DNA of 58,706 nt. It comes from an uncultured Christensenella sp. (lineage in GTDB: Bacteria; Bacillota; Clostridia; Christensenellales; DTU072). Both the position numbers and the translations under genes were made by a program. The stretch spans positions 1-58,706 of the forward strand of contig CAJLYQ010000002.1 of assembly GCA_905210905.1 (NCBI GenBank). The letters are read 5' to 3'. The notes beneath the pieces are model-generated. The model saw only the letters and a program-made list of their open reading frames with translations. It was not told the DNA's origin and made no database searches. Of the stretch, positions 38,247 through 49,370 are shown in pieces. Within the stretch, counting starts at the first letter, position 1; every line of letters starts with the position of its first letter.

Positions 38247-40529
38247 ATGATAGAAAACGAACTTCGCGAAGTCGGCGCGCGCATCAAAGCGTTACGCGAA
38301 ATCAGCGGTTTGACCGAAGAACAGGCGGCGGAAAAAACCGAAGTTTCTCTTGCCGAATACCGAGAACTCGAATCGGGCAAAAAAGACTTCCCGTTTACGT
38401 TTATTTATAAGGCGGCAGACACTTTCGGCGTAGAAATGAAAGACCTTCTTTCGGGTAGCAGCCCTATCCTTTCGCTGTACACCGTAGTCCGCGGCGGCAA
38501 AGGTCTTCCCATTACGAGAAGAACGGGTTTCACTTACGAAAACCTCGCCCCGTCTTTCAAAAACAAACTTGCCGAGCCGTTTTGGGTAAACATCCCCTAC
38601 TCCGACGAAAAACCCGTTTTTACCAAACATAACGGACAGGAAATCGACATCGTCGTGAGCGGCAGACTGGAAATTCAAATCCACGACAGCAAAGAGATAC
38701 TTAACCCCGGCGACACGATTTATTACAACAGTTCGTTTCCGCACGCGCTCCGCGCGCTCGACGGCAAAGACTGCACCCTGTACGCTATCGTTATTAAATC
38801 CGATAAGGACGAAAACATCGACATAAAAGAATTCCCGTGCGAACCGGCAAAAAGCGACGCACGCAAAAAAATGCGCTCGGTCGCGGACGAGTTTATCGAA
38901 ACGACCGTCGATAAAAACGGCGTTTTACAGTCAATAAAGTTCAAAAACGAAGAAAACTTTAACTTTGCTTTCGATATCGTGGACAAACTAGCCACCAAAT
39001 CTCCGAACAAGACGGCTATGCTCTGGGTCAGCGCCGACCACAAATCGCACGCTTTCACTTTTGCCGATATGAAACGCTATTCGAATATGACGGCAAACTA
39101 CTTCGCTTCGCTCGGCATAAAACGCGGCGATTGCGTTATGCTCGTGCTGAAAAGACATTATCAGTTCTGGTTTTCCATTCTCGCTCTGCATAAAATCGGT
39201 GCGGTGGTTATTCCTGCAACCAACCAACTCGTCGAACACGACTTCACTTATCGCTACGAAAAAGCGAAAGTCAAAGCAATCGTTTGCACTTCGGACGGCG
39301 ACACCGCCGTTCACGCGGAGAACGCCTGCAAAGAATTCCCCGATATGATTAAAGTTATCGTCGGATCGAAACGCGAGGGCTGGCACGATTTCAATACCGA
39401 AATGCTTCTCGCCGACGACGTATACGAAAGAAAAGCCGATTCTCCTTGCGGCAGCGACAATATGCTTATGCTGTTCACTTCGGGTACGTCCGGTTATCCA
39501 AGAATCGCCGCACATTCCTATAAGTATCCGCTCGGACACTACGTTACCGCAAAATACTGGCACAACGTTAACCCGAACGGACTGCACTTTACCATTTCCG
39601 ACACCGGTTGGGGCAAAGCGTTATGGGGCAAACTTTACGGACAATGGCTTTGCGAAGCCCCGATTTTTACGTACGACTTCGACAAGTTCAAATCGGACGA
39701 TATCCTTCCGATGTTTGCTAAATACGGCATAACGACGTTCTGCGCTCCCCCCACTATGTATCGTTTCTTTATTAAGGAAGACCTTTCGAAATACGATTTA
39801 AGTTCTATAGAATACGCTACCACCGCAGGCGAAGCGTTAAACCCGGAAGTATTCAATCAGTTCTACAAAGCGACCGGACTTAAAATAATGGAAGGGTTCG
39901 GACAAACGGAAACCACCCTTTCGGTAGCGAACCTCGTCGGATCGACGCCAAAAATCGGCTCGATGGGCAAACCCAGTCCCCTTTACGACGTACATTTACT
40001 CGATGCGGACGGAAACGAATGTAAAAACGGCGAAGTCGGCGAAATATGTATAAAAACGAAAGATAAAATTCCTTGCGGATTGTTCACCGGATACTATCTC
40101 GACGAAGAAAAAACAGCCGAAGTATGGCACGACGGTTTTTACCATACCGGCGATCAGGCGACGCGCGACGAAGAAGGCTACCTTTGGTATGTAGGCAGAA
40201 TCGACGACGTAATCAAGAGCAGCGGATATCGCATCGGACCGTTCGAAATCGAAAGCGTCATTATGGAACTTCCGTATGTTCTCGAATGTGCGATCACCCC
40301 CGTTCCCGACCCCATCCGCGGACAAATCGTAAAAGCAACGATAGTTCTTACCAAAGGAACGGTCGGCACGGAAGAACTCAAAAAAGAAATTCAGCATTAC
40401 GTAAAAACCAATACCGCGCCTTATAAATATCCGCGTATCGTGGAATTCAGAGACGAACTTCCCAAAACGATCAGCGGCAAAATCCGCAGAGTACAGTTGC
40501 GCGAAGAATCGAACTCAAAAAACGAGTAA
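38247..40529 (+). CDS. XRE-HTH + cupin + AMP-forming acyl-CoA synthetase fusion protein
   Basis: 760 aa. The N-terminal ~190 aa are HTH plus cupin, paralogous to 26058..26630. The remainder is an AMP-binding enzyme with LFTSGTSGYPR, TGD, and a GKIRR-type C-terminus. A GGGAGG RBS precedes it. Confidence 0.88.
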   Translation: MIENELREVGARIKALREISGLTEEQAAEKTEVSLAEYRELESGKKDFPFTFIYKAADTFGVEMKDLLSGSSPILSLYTVVRGGKGLPITRRTGFTYENLAPSFKNKLAEPFWVNIPYSDEKPVFTKHNGQEIDIVVSGRLEIQIHDSKEILNPGDTIYYNSSFPHALRALDGKDCTLYAIVIKSDKDENIDIKEFPCEPAKSDARKKMRSVADEFIETTVDKNGVLQSIKFKNEENFNFAFDIVDKLATKSPNKTAMLWVSADHKSHAFTFADMKRYSNMTANYFASLGIKRGDCVMLVLKRHYQFWFSILALHKIGAVVIPATNQLVEHDFTYRYEKAKVKAIVCTSDGDTAVHAENACKEFPDMIKVIVGSKREGWHDFNTEMLLADDVYERKADSPCGSDNMLMLFTSGTSGYPRIAAHSYKYPLGHYVTAKYWHNVNPNGLHFTISDTGWGKALWGKLYGQWLCEAPIFTYDFDKFKSDDILPMFAKYGITTFCAPPTMYRFFIKEDLSKYDLSSIEYATTAGEALNPEVFNQFYKATGLKIMEGFGQTETTLSVANLVGSTPKIGSMGKPSPLYDVHLLDADGNECKNGEVGEICIKTKDKIPCGLFTGYYLDEEKTAEVWHDGFYHTGDQATRDEEGYLWYVGRIDDVIKSSGYRIGPFEIESVIMELPYVLECAITPVPDPIRGQIVKATIVLTKGTVGTEELKKEIQHYVKTNTAPYKYPRIVEFRDELPKTISGKIRRVQLREESNSKNE

Positions 40530-40557
40530 CCAAACCGAAACGAAAAAAAACAATAAT

Positions 40558-40587
40558 AAAAGCCGCATCGAAAAATGCGGCTTTTTG
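40558..40587. terminator. bidirectional terminator between convergent genes
   Basis: agccgcat-cgaaaa-atgcggct hairpin flanked by A-runs and T-runs. Confidence 0.7.
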
Positions 40588-40625
40588 TTGCTATGGATAC
40601 AAATAAGAGAATTATTCGTTTACCA

Positions 40626-42647
40626 TTATTTGATAGGCGTTCCTTCGGGAACGATATCGTCTACAAAAACGAGTTGGCAACCGCAAGCGTTGTTCGTTGC
40701 GGCAAGCAACATACCGTTGCTCGTTACGCCCGTAATTCTTGACGGTTTAAGGTTGGCGATAACGATAATTTTACGACCGACGAGTTGTTCGGGTTTGTAA
40801 TCGTTTTTAATGGAAGAAACTATCACTCTTTGATCGATACCGTCAAACAAGGTAAGTTTGTAGCAACTGTGCGATTTTCTTATTTCTTGGCATTTAAGAA
40901 TTTTACATACGCGCATATCGATTTTCGAGAAGAAGTCTATATCTATTTCTTCTTTAACGGGTGCGACGGGGTCCGGATCTCCGTATACTTTGGTTTCTTC
41001 GACAGGTTCGATTATCTCCTCTTCTTTTTTCATTTCGTCTTCCGTCATAGGCGTAGAGAAGTCGAGAAGTTTAAGGTATTTGTCCGCTTCGATTGCATAT
41101 AAGAACAAATAAAGTCTCGGTCCTTTTTCTTTATCGATAAGCAGTTTATAAACATTTTGGAAGAACTTGCCCTGTAAGGGTTTTAACGCCTTGTCTTCTT
41201 TGGACAAACCGTGTTCTCTCGCGGGAATAGCGTAAAGTTCGGTCTGAAGTTCGTCAAGCGTGTATCCGCCCTTGCTTAAATAGGAGTGAAGGTCGCTTAT
41301 CTCTTTCTTTTCGGTCTCGTCAAGGGTTTCGTAAACTTCCCAGTTACGTTTTGCGCAAAGGGTATTTACGTTTTCGGGCGAGCATTTTTCCAGCCAGAAT
41401 TTCGCTCTTTCCAGTCTGTCGCCGAATTCCGCATATTTATAGGGAGTTCCTATCTTTTCAAAAACCACTTCGAGCATCGGTACGTTAAAATCTACTACCG
41501 AGCCGAGTTGTACGATAAGTCCCATAGGCACGCAATGGACTTCTCTTCCTTCGATTTGGCAAAGTTCCATTATTTCTTTGGTCGCCTCGTTCGCTTTGCC
41601 CGTTCTTACGTCGGTAAGCATTTTATCGAATTCGAAATACTGACGAAGAATTCCGTCGTCGAGACAGAAGTTAAACGCCTTTAAGGGTTCGTTCTTCGAG
41701 TAAAGCCAAAGCAGAACTTCGGGTTCGTAAAGTTTAAGCAACGTTCCCGGCGTAAGGTTAAGTCCGCTCGAACCCGACATCTTACCGGTGGAAACGTTGT
41801 TATCGCTTATTCCGATAAACTCGTATCCTTGGAAAAGCGGCGGTTCGTATCCGAAAATTTTACGGGATATGTCTTTCGCCGTATCGTAACTGCCGTTCGC
41901 GCTTGCGTGATCCTTTCCGCCCGGCTCGAAGTCAACCCCTTCGTAAAGCCAACGCATAGGCCAGTCGATTTTCCAGGCAAGTTTGCAGTTGTGATTTTTC
42001 GTGAAATCGAAAGTTCCGTGATGACCGCATTTACATTCGTATTCGGCAACCGTGCAATCGTCCGACAAAGACGTAATCTTGGTCGTATCTCTTCCGCATT
42101 CCGGACAATAAATGCTGACCGGATAATACGCGTCGCGTTCGCCTTCCGTCGCGTCCTGCGTGCGGTGACTGTCCAGAATATCGAAAATCTCCTTGCGCTT
42201 TTGCAACGCAAGCAAAACGTAATCGGTGTATTTACCGTTTCTGTACATCTCCGCCTGATGACGATAGTCCATATCGATTCCGAACTTAACGATGGATTCT
42301 TCGAATTCTTTCTCAAAATATTCCGCATAGGTTTTTGCGTCGGAATCGGTGAAAGGATTTATTACGTCGACGTACGGACAGCCGATGTACTTTTCCATAT
42401 CTGAATTAACTTTGGCTACGTTTACGGGCACTTTTCTCATTCTGTCAAATTCGTCCCACGAGAAAAGCAAACGCGCTTTTTTACCGAGTTTTCTAAGCGC
42501 TTTAACTACGAAATAACTCGTCGCGATATCGCGAAAATTACCTATATGAATGGAGCCCGAAGGACTTATACCGGCAGCGCAGACGTACTCTTCTTTATCG
42601 GGTTTTCTCTCGATAATCTGCCTAGCCAATTTTTCCGACCAATGCAT
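40626..42647 (-). CDS. lysK: class I lysyl-tRNA synthetase fused to a C-terminal tRNA-binding (Trbp111/EMAPII-like) domain
   Basis: 673 aa. MHWSEKLA..GISPSGSIHIGNFRD and KMSGSSG match class I LysRS. The last ~110 aa (KIDMRVCKILKCQEI..GRKIIVIANLKPSRITGVTSNGMLLAA) match the OB-fold tRNA_bind domain. Confidence 0.85.
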   Translation of the reverse strand: MHWSEKLARQIIERKPDKEEYVCAAGISPSGSIHIGNFRDIATSYFVVKALRKLGKKARLLFSWDEFDRMRKVPVNVAKVNSDMEKYIGCPYVDVINPFTDSDAKTYAEYFEKEFEESIVKFGIDMDYRHQAEMYRNGKYTDYVLLALQKRKEIFDILDSHRTQDATEGERDAYYPVSIYCPECGRDTTKITSLSDDCTVAEYECKCGHHGTFDFTKNHNCKLAWKIDWPMRWLYEGVDFEPGGKDHASANGSYDTAKDISRKIFGYEPPLFQGYEFIGISDNNVSTGKMSGSSGLNLTPGTLLKLYEPEVLLWLYSKNEPLKAFNFCLDDGILRQYFEFDKMLTDVRTGKANEATKEIMELCQIEGREVHCVPMGLIVQLGSVVDFNVPMLEVVFEKIGTPYKYAEFGDRLERAKFWLEKCSPENVNTLCAKRNWEVYETLDETEKKEISDLHSYLSKGGYTLDELQTELYAIPAREHGLSKEDKALKPLQGKFFQNVYKLLIDKEKGPRLYLFLYAIEADKYLKLLDFSTPMTEDEMKKEEEIIEPVEETKVYGDPDPVAPVKEEIDIDFFSKIDMRVCKILKCQEIRKSHSCYKLTLFDGIDQRVIVSSIKNDYKPEQLVGRKIIVIANLKPSRITGVTSNGMLLAATNNACGCQLVFVDDIVPEGTPIK

Positions 42648-42763
42648 TATATTTATTCCTCCTTGCGATAAAACCGCAATTTTCTTTTAGTTATATTTTA
42701 CCTTACGAAAAAGGATTTTGCAAGTAAAACGCCTTTACGCTTTGCACAAAACGCCCGAAAAAC

Positions 42764-43213
42764 TTAAATATTTTTCGTTAAAGTAACAAATCCGTCGGGA
42801 ACAAGCCCGTCTCTTGCGTATAACGACTTCGCGTCCTGATTAGTATTAAGTACTTCAAGCGTGATGGATACCGCTTTCCCCTTAAATCTCTCTTCCAACC
42901 ATTTCAAAAACCGTCCGCCGTAGCCGTGATGTCTGCTCGTCGGACAAATGTACAATTCGTCCAGTACGAGTACCGAACCGCCTTCTTCGTTGCACCAGTA
43001 CGACGAAGTAAGCGCATACCCAATCGCCTCGCTCGTAACACCGTCAAACAGCATAAATCCCCATAAGTTTTCGTGCCGCTCAAGCACTCTCTCAAAGGTA
43101 ACCAGACACGTGCTTTCACAATAATTTTTTATCGTAGAACGTGAAGAATAAAACTCTTTGCATAGTTGTAAAAATTCGTCTTTATCTTGCTTTTCAAATT
43201 CTCTGATCGTCAT
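42764..43213 (-). CDS. GNAT-family N-acetyltransferase
   Basis: 149 aa with the acetyl-CoA loop RHHGYGGRFLKWL. Confidence 0.8.
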   Translation of the reverse strand: MTIREFEKQDKDEFLQLCKEFYSSRSTIKNYCESTCLVTFERVLERHENLWGFMLFDGVTSEAIGYALTSSYWCNEEGGSVLVLDELYICPTSRHHGYGGRFLKWLEERFKGKAVSITLEVLNTNQDAKSLYARDGLVPDGFVTLTKNI

Positions 43214-43269
43214 AAGTAAACCAATCGAAAACCCTACCGAATATCCGCCGTTTCCGATTTCGTGCGGTC

Positions 43270-43298
43270 AGTATATCATAAGCGACTTGAGTTGTCAA
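43270..43298 (-). promoter_or_regulatory. promoter of the GNAT gene
   Basis: TTGACA (43298..43293), a 17-nt spacer, then TATACT (43275..43270). Confidence 0.6.
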
Positions 43299-43524
43299 CG
43301 AACGGAACATAATTCTCGGTCGAAAATAGTTCCGACTGCAGCGTATAGTTTACATTAACAAAACAGCGCAACTCGCTTCGCTCGTCAGGTTTGCGCGCTA
43401 CGCACTGCAAACTTGCGAACCAACGATCATTTTTTTACGTTATTTTCTTTTTGGGTGTCGTTGATTCGCGGTAATCGGGTGCGCCAAACAAAAAAAGACG
43501 AACTTAAGGGTGTTACCATTAGGG

Positions 43525-43559
43525 AAAACAGGCGCAGGCGAATAGCTTGCGCCTGTTTT
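43525..43559 (-). terminator. 12-bp hairpin just downstream of the recombinase genes
   Basis: aaaacaggcgca / tgcgcctgtttt arms with an 11-nt loop. Confidence 0.5.
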
Positions 43560-43568
43560 CTTGCCTTT

Positions 43569-45071
43569 TTACGGTAAATCTATCTCTCCGACGTGCGTTA
43601 GACATATCGTTACCGTTCTTTTATAGCCGTCTTCCGTTTTTACCTTTTCCGAAACGATGACTTTATCGATCAGCAGTCTGACGATTTCGGGCGTTAGTTT
43701 CTTGATTCTGCCCGTTTTGACCACAAGAGAAACGAAATTATTGATGTTATCATTTATCTCGTCGTATCGGTCGATTTCGCTTTGACTGTTTTCAACCGTT
43801 TCTTTCAGTTGCCGTTGCTCCTGCTCATATGCCTCGGACATCAAAGCAAACCGTTCTTCCGTTATCTTGCCCATAACCTTATCTTCATAAAGGCTTTGAA
43901 TGATCTTGTTCAGAGCCTTTATTCTGTTTTCGGCTTCGGATACTTGTCTTGCCTTCTTCGCAACTTCCTTTCTTGACAGCAATCGGGAGTGTTGGATGGC
44001 AATATCGACAAAGTCTCCTTCATGATCGATGACAAAGTCGGAAACTCTTTTTAAGTAACTCAGAACGATTTCTTCAATGGCTTCTACGGTTATCTGATGC
44101 GAAGTGCAGGTCGATTTCTTCTGCTTGCGGTAGGACGAGCAGTTAAAATATTCCTTTTGCTTCATAGTAGATGAGCGGCAGAGATACATTTTCTTTCCGC
44201 AGTCCGCACAGTAAACCATTCCCGAAAACACGTTCATCTCGCCCATCGGCGTCGGTCTTCGTCTGCCTTCGCGTATTTTCTGTACGGTATCATACGTCTG
44301 TTTGTCGATGATCGCTTCCTGCGTATTCTCGAAGGTAACCCATTTAGACGGATCGTTCCATACCTTCTTCTTACACTTATAGGACTTCTTTGTCGTCCGG
44401 AAGTTTACGGTACAGCCCGTATAGTGCGGATTGCTCAGGATTCGTTTTATCGTATCCGAGCACCATAATTCAGGCATGGGTGATGTTGCCGGGTGCTTAA
44501 TGCCGAGTCTGTCGTAATGGCAGATTGGCGTTTCAACTTTTCTTTCGTTGAGAATCCGTGCAATATGCGTCGGACCGAACCCCTGCATACAGAGAGCGAA
44601 AATCTCTTTTACCGTTTTTGCCGCTTCTTCATCGATGATCCATTGTTCCTTGTCGTCGGGGCTTTTCAGATAACCGAAAGGCGGAACAGTACACAGGTGT
44701 TTTCCCGAATTGCCTTTGGAACGGAATACCGCGCGGATCTTCTTGCTTGTGTCCTTTGCGTACCACTCGTTGATGATGTTACGGAATGGGGTAAAATCGT
44801 TGTCTACCTGACTTTCACTGTCCACGCCGTCATTGACCGCGATAAATCTTACGCCCGCTTCGGGAAAGGTTATCTCGGTATACACGCCGACTTTCAGATA
44901 ATCCCTGCCGAGCCTCGACATATCCTTGACAATAATTGTACCGACCTCGCCGGCGTCGACTTTACGCATTAAACGCTGAAAGTCGGGGCGATTGAAGTTC
45001 GTACCCGAATATCCGTCGTCCACAAACGTTTCAAGATTGCGGAAACCGTGTTCTTTTGCATATTTGCTCAA
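43569..45071 (-). CDS. large serine recombinase, N-terminally short or degenerate (TTG start, no catalytic-Ser segment in the callable ORF)
   Basis: 500 aa with [15 protein letters not shown], the Zn ribbon CADCGKKMYLCRS, a coiled coil and a DUF4368-like C-terminus. See the finding on its N-terminus. Confidence 0.8.
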   Translation of the reverse strand: MSKYAKEHGFRNLETFVDDGYSGTNFNRPDFQRLMRKVDAGEVGTIIVKDMSRLGRDYLKVGVYTEITFPEAGVRFIAVNDGVDSESQVDNDFTPFRNIINEWYAKDTSKKIRAVFRSKGNSGKHLCTVPPFGYLKSPDDKEQWIIDEEAAKTVKEIFALCMQGFGPTHIARILNERKVETPICHYDRLGIKHPATSPMPELWCSDTIKRILSNPHYTGCTVNFRTTKKSYKCKKKVWNDPSKWVTFENTQEAIIDKQTYDTVQKIREGRRRPTPMGEMNVFSGMVYCADCGKKMYLCRSSTMKQKEYFNCSSYRKQKKSTCTSHQITVEAIEEIVLSYLKRVSDFVIDHEGDFVDIAIQHSRLLSRKEVAKKARQVSEAENRIKALNKIIQSLYEDKVMGKITEERFALMSEAYEQEQRQLKETVENSQSEIDRYDEINDNINNFVSLVVKTGRIKKLTPEIVRLLIDKVIVSEKVKTEDGYKRTVTICLTHVGEIDLP

Positions 45072-45156
45072 TATTTCTTTTTGATGTACGATGCTGTTGC
45101 TGTCACCTTCCTGTTCGTCGTCGGATGAGTGTACGAGGGGGATATTGGCGTAATCC

Positions 45157-47030
<1,874 letters not shown>

Positions 47031-47351
47031 TTCACTTATTCGGACTATTTTCGAAATTCTATTTCGCGTCCTTATTGCGCTGAATACTATGTTCTCTCTT
47101 CATTGCTTTTCCTCCTCATTCAAAAAAATATGTTTTGGCAAAGCAACGCAAAGAAATACGTTACGGCTTTACTTGTCGGAGTGACACAGTTGGTGAAATT
47201 TTTCGCGAAAATGAACTTAGCTGTAGTAGACTACTGCAAGTGAAATTTTTGCGAAAGTTCATAAAACTCTTATTTCTGTCCGCTTTTTTGCTTTAAGCAG
47301 TAAAAACAATCAAAGACATCTTTTCGATTTCGTTTTATGAACGTAAACCAC

Positions 47352-47588
47352 TCAATCTGTGACGCTCCTTTCGCCGTCTTCTTTCTTTCTCTTCAAGGCT
47401 TCATATCCCTCGCGGATAAGCGTAACCTTTGTGATGCGATTCTCTTGTAGGAAAGCGTTTATCTCTTCAAATAACGGTCTCGGTATCATCGTCCCGAAGT
47501 TGCCGCTGGCTTGCTTTCTCTTCTCTTTCACTTTCTCCTCGTATCTCCTGCGTGCTTTGCGCACAGGGGTATCTTCCTTTCTTTCCAT
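47352..47588 (-). CDS. small basic DNA-binding-like protein (MobC/RHH-like accessory)
   Basis: MERKEDTPVRKARRRYEEKVKEKRK.. from the ATG at 47588, preceded by a GGGAGG RBS. It lies next to the relaxase. Confidence 0.45.
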   Translation of the reverse strand: MERKEDTPVRKARRRYEEKVKEKRKQASGNFGTMIPRPLFEEINAFLQENRITKVTLIREGYEALKRKKEDGERSVTD

Positions 47589-47684
47589 CACAGCCTCCCA
47601 AATATGTAGCGTCCATATCACATTCTTTTACATCGACAAAACGGGAATTATCAGAAACATAACATTTTTTGTTATCCATCGGCA

Positions 47685-47790
47685 AAAGCGGATATATTAT
47701 CTTAGTTTTGTCGACTTCCGCGAAAACGTCGACTACCGTACATCAGTACGCCGACGCTCCGTTTTCTCGGAAAAATAATGCAATCTAACC
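47685..47790 (-). repeat. copy A of a ~105-bp repeat module with a long hairpin
   Basis: The core 47723-47765 matches 52848-52890 at 40/43 positions, with flanking similarity (AAAGCGGAT.. and a T/A-rich tail). Confidence 0.7.
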
Positions 47791-47884
47791 ACTACACAAG
47801 TTTGTTTCGTATCAATACATATTATATCCATCCCTGGCATATTTGTCAAGGTCTATGGGATAGAAAAGTCGATTTACCTCTTAT

Positions 47885-49285
47885 TTATTTGCTCCAATAA
47901 TATTGGGAGCGTCGTTGTTCTTCGGCTTGCGCCTTTTGCTCTTCTTCTTTCCTCTTTTCTTCGATCTCTTCCTCGATGTCTTGCAGTCTGTGCGAAAAGT
48001 CACGTTCCAAGTCGAGTATGCTCGTTGCAAAACTCATAAAGAGCGAATCGAACCTCTTGGCGACGTTCCGTTCCGAGATGGCAAGACTTCGTTTTAGCTT
48101 GTTGTCGTTGACCTCGTACTTCCGGCGCGGGCTACGTTCATAGTGTTCGGCTTTGATAAACTTTGCCGCGTGTAAGACAATGTTCCCCACTCTGCGGTCA
48201 TAGTCTTTCTCCAGTACGTCCACAAGGGTTATCGTATCGGGATCGATCTTGAAGTGATACTTTTCGTCCGTGGCTGTGCCTTCGCATATCTCTTTGAACC
48301 GTTGCCGTATCTCCCCGAACTTCTCACTCACCCGCTCGTCGGCTTTCAACGCTTCACGATCCCTCAAAAAGAGCATCGTAGCGACCTTGTCGATTTTTGC
48401 TCGATAGGGTTGCATTTCTTTTCTTCCGTACTCAAACGGTATCCCCTTGGGTAAATCTTTACAGAGCGATAATAGTTCCTTCTTAATATCGTCTTGGGTA
48501 TACATGGAACCGGCGAACGCCGTTATAGCTCTGAGCCGTCGTAACGCATCGTCCCTTGCATAATGCACTTCGTCCGTCTTGCCCGTAACGTATAAGGATA
48601 ACCGCACGCGCATATTGTCTATGACCTTCTGCTCTATCTTCCCTTTGTGGCGGTATTCCATTTCCTTTTTCCGATACTTGCATTTCGGCTCTTTCTCCCA
48701 AAAGGCGAAGTGAATGTGGTAGTGTTTTTCTCTGTCGAGGTGCAAGGCGCACAGTAAATCCACGTTCTTCGGCTCCAGTCCCATCTCTCTGAAAAACTGT
48801 CCGAAGTTACGTTTGACGAGGCGCATACATTGTTCGGGCGTTTCTATACGGAACGAGTTTTCTTTGTTCAGCGATACGAACCCGTGCCAAATGTTTTTCT
48901 TGCCGTCTTGGGCGCGTTTCTTCATCTCTTCCACCTGAATAGGCGAGAGGAAGCCGTCGCCGTTAAATACGCCGTGGTTCTTCTCGAAATACTCCTGTAC
49001 CGTTTCCGCTTCCTTCCCTTGTCGTTTTTTCCCCGCGTTTATGTATTCGTAGACGTTCTTCTCTCCGGACATATCGAAGAAGGCGCGCTCTTGTCTGTGC
49101 TTCTCGATCTCTTTTTCCGTCGCCCCTTTCTTTAAGGCGTAGGGTGTGTACCTGATGTTAAAAATAACCGGTTGATTACTGATAATAATTTCCTCCTTTT
49201 CATTTTCTCCGTTGTCAAAACGAGGCGGGTTTCCCGCTCGTACGTCCGCCGTCGGGCGGACAAGCAAAAAAGTGTTTTGCAACAA
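47885..49285 (-). CDS. putative conjugative relaxase/mobilization protein
   Basis: 466 aa. The His-triad-like LHLDREKHYHIHFAFWE fits the HxDx3HxH pattern. The start codon is uncertain: a TTG was called, and a strong AAGGAGG RBS lies further downstream before ATT/ATC codons. Confidence 0.6.
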   Translation of the reverse strand: MLQNTFLLVRPTADVRAGNPPRFDNGENEKEEIIISNQPVIFNIRYTPYALKKGATEKEIEKHRQERAFFDMSGEKNVYEYINAGKKRQGKEAETVQEYFEKNHGVFNGDGFLSPIQVEEMKKRAQDGKKNIWHGFVSLNKENSFRIETPEQCMRLVKRNFGQFFREMGLEPKNVDLLCALHLDREKHYHIHFAFWEKEPKCKYRKKEMEYRHKGKIEQKVIDNMRVRLSLYVTGKTDEVHYARDDALRRLRAITAFAGSMYTQDDIKKELLSLCKDLPKGIPFEYGRKEMQPYRAKIDKVATMLFLRDREALKADERVSEKFGEIRQRFKEICEGTATDEKYHFKIDPDTITLVDVLEKDYDRRVGNIVLHAAKFIKAEHYERSPRRKYEVNDNKLKRSLAISERNVAKRFDSLFMSFATSILDLERDFSHRLQDIEEEIEEKRKEEEQKAQAEEQRRSQYYWSK

Positions 49286-49370
49286 AAAATACTTTTTTCT
49301 TATCCTGCTCTAAAAATGCACCGGATAGCCAAGAAAATCATATTTCTTTGCTTGCACGTTTGCTTCGGGT

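Noticed and set aside
43380-43440. GC-rich segment (ctcgcttcgctcgtcaggtttgcgcgctacgcactgcaaacttgcg) considered as a tRNA/tmRNA remnant or att site
   Set aside because: I could find no cloverleaf or T-loop consensus. Without the other element end or an empty-site comparison, no att core can be assigned.
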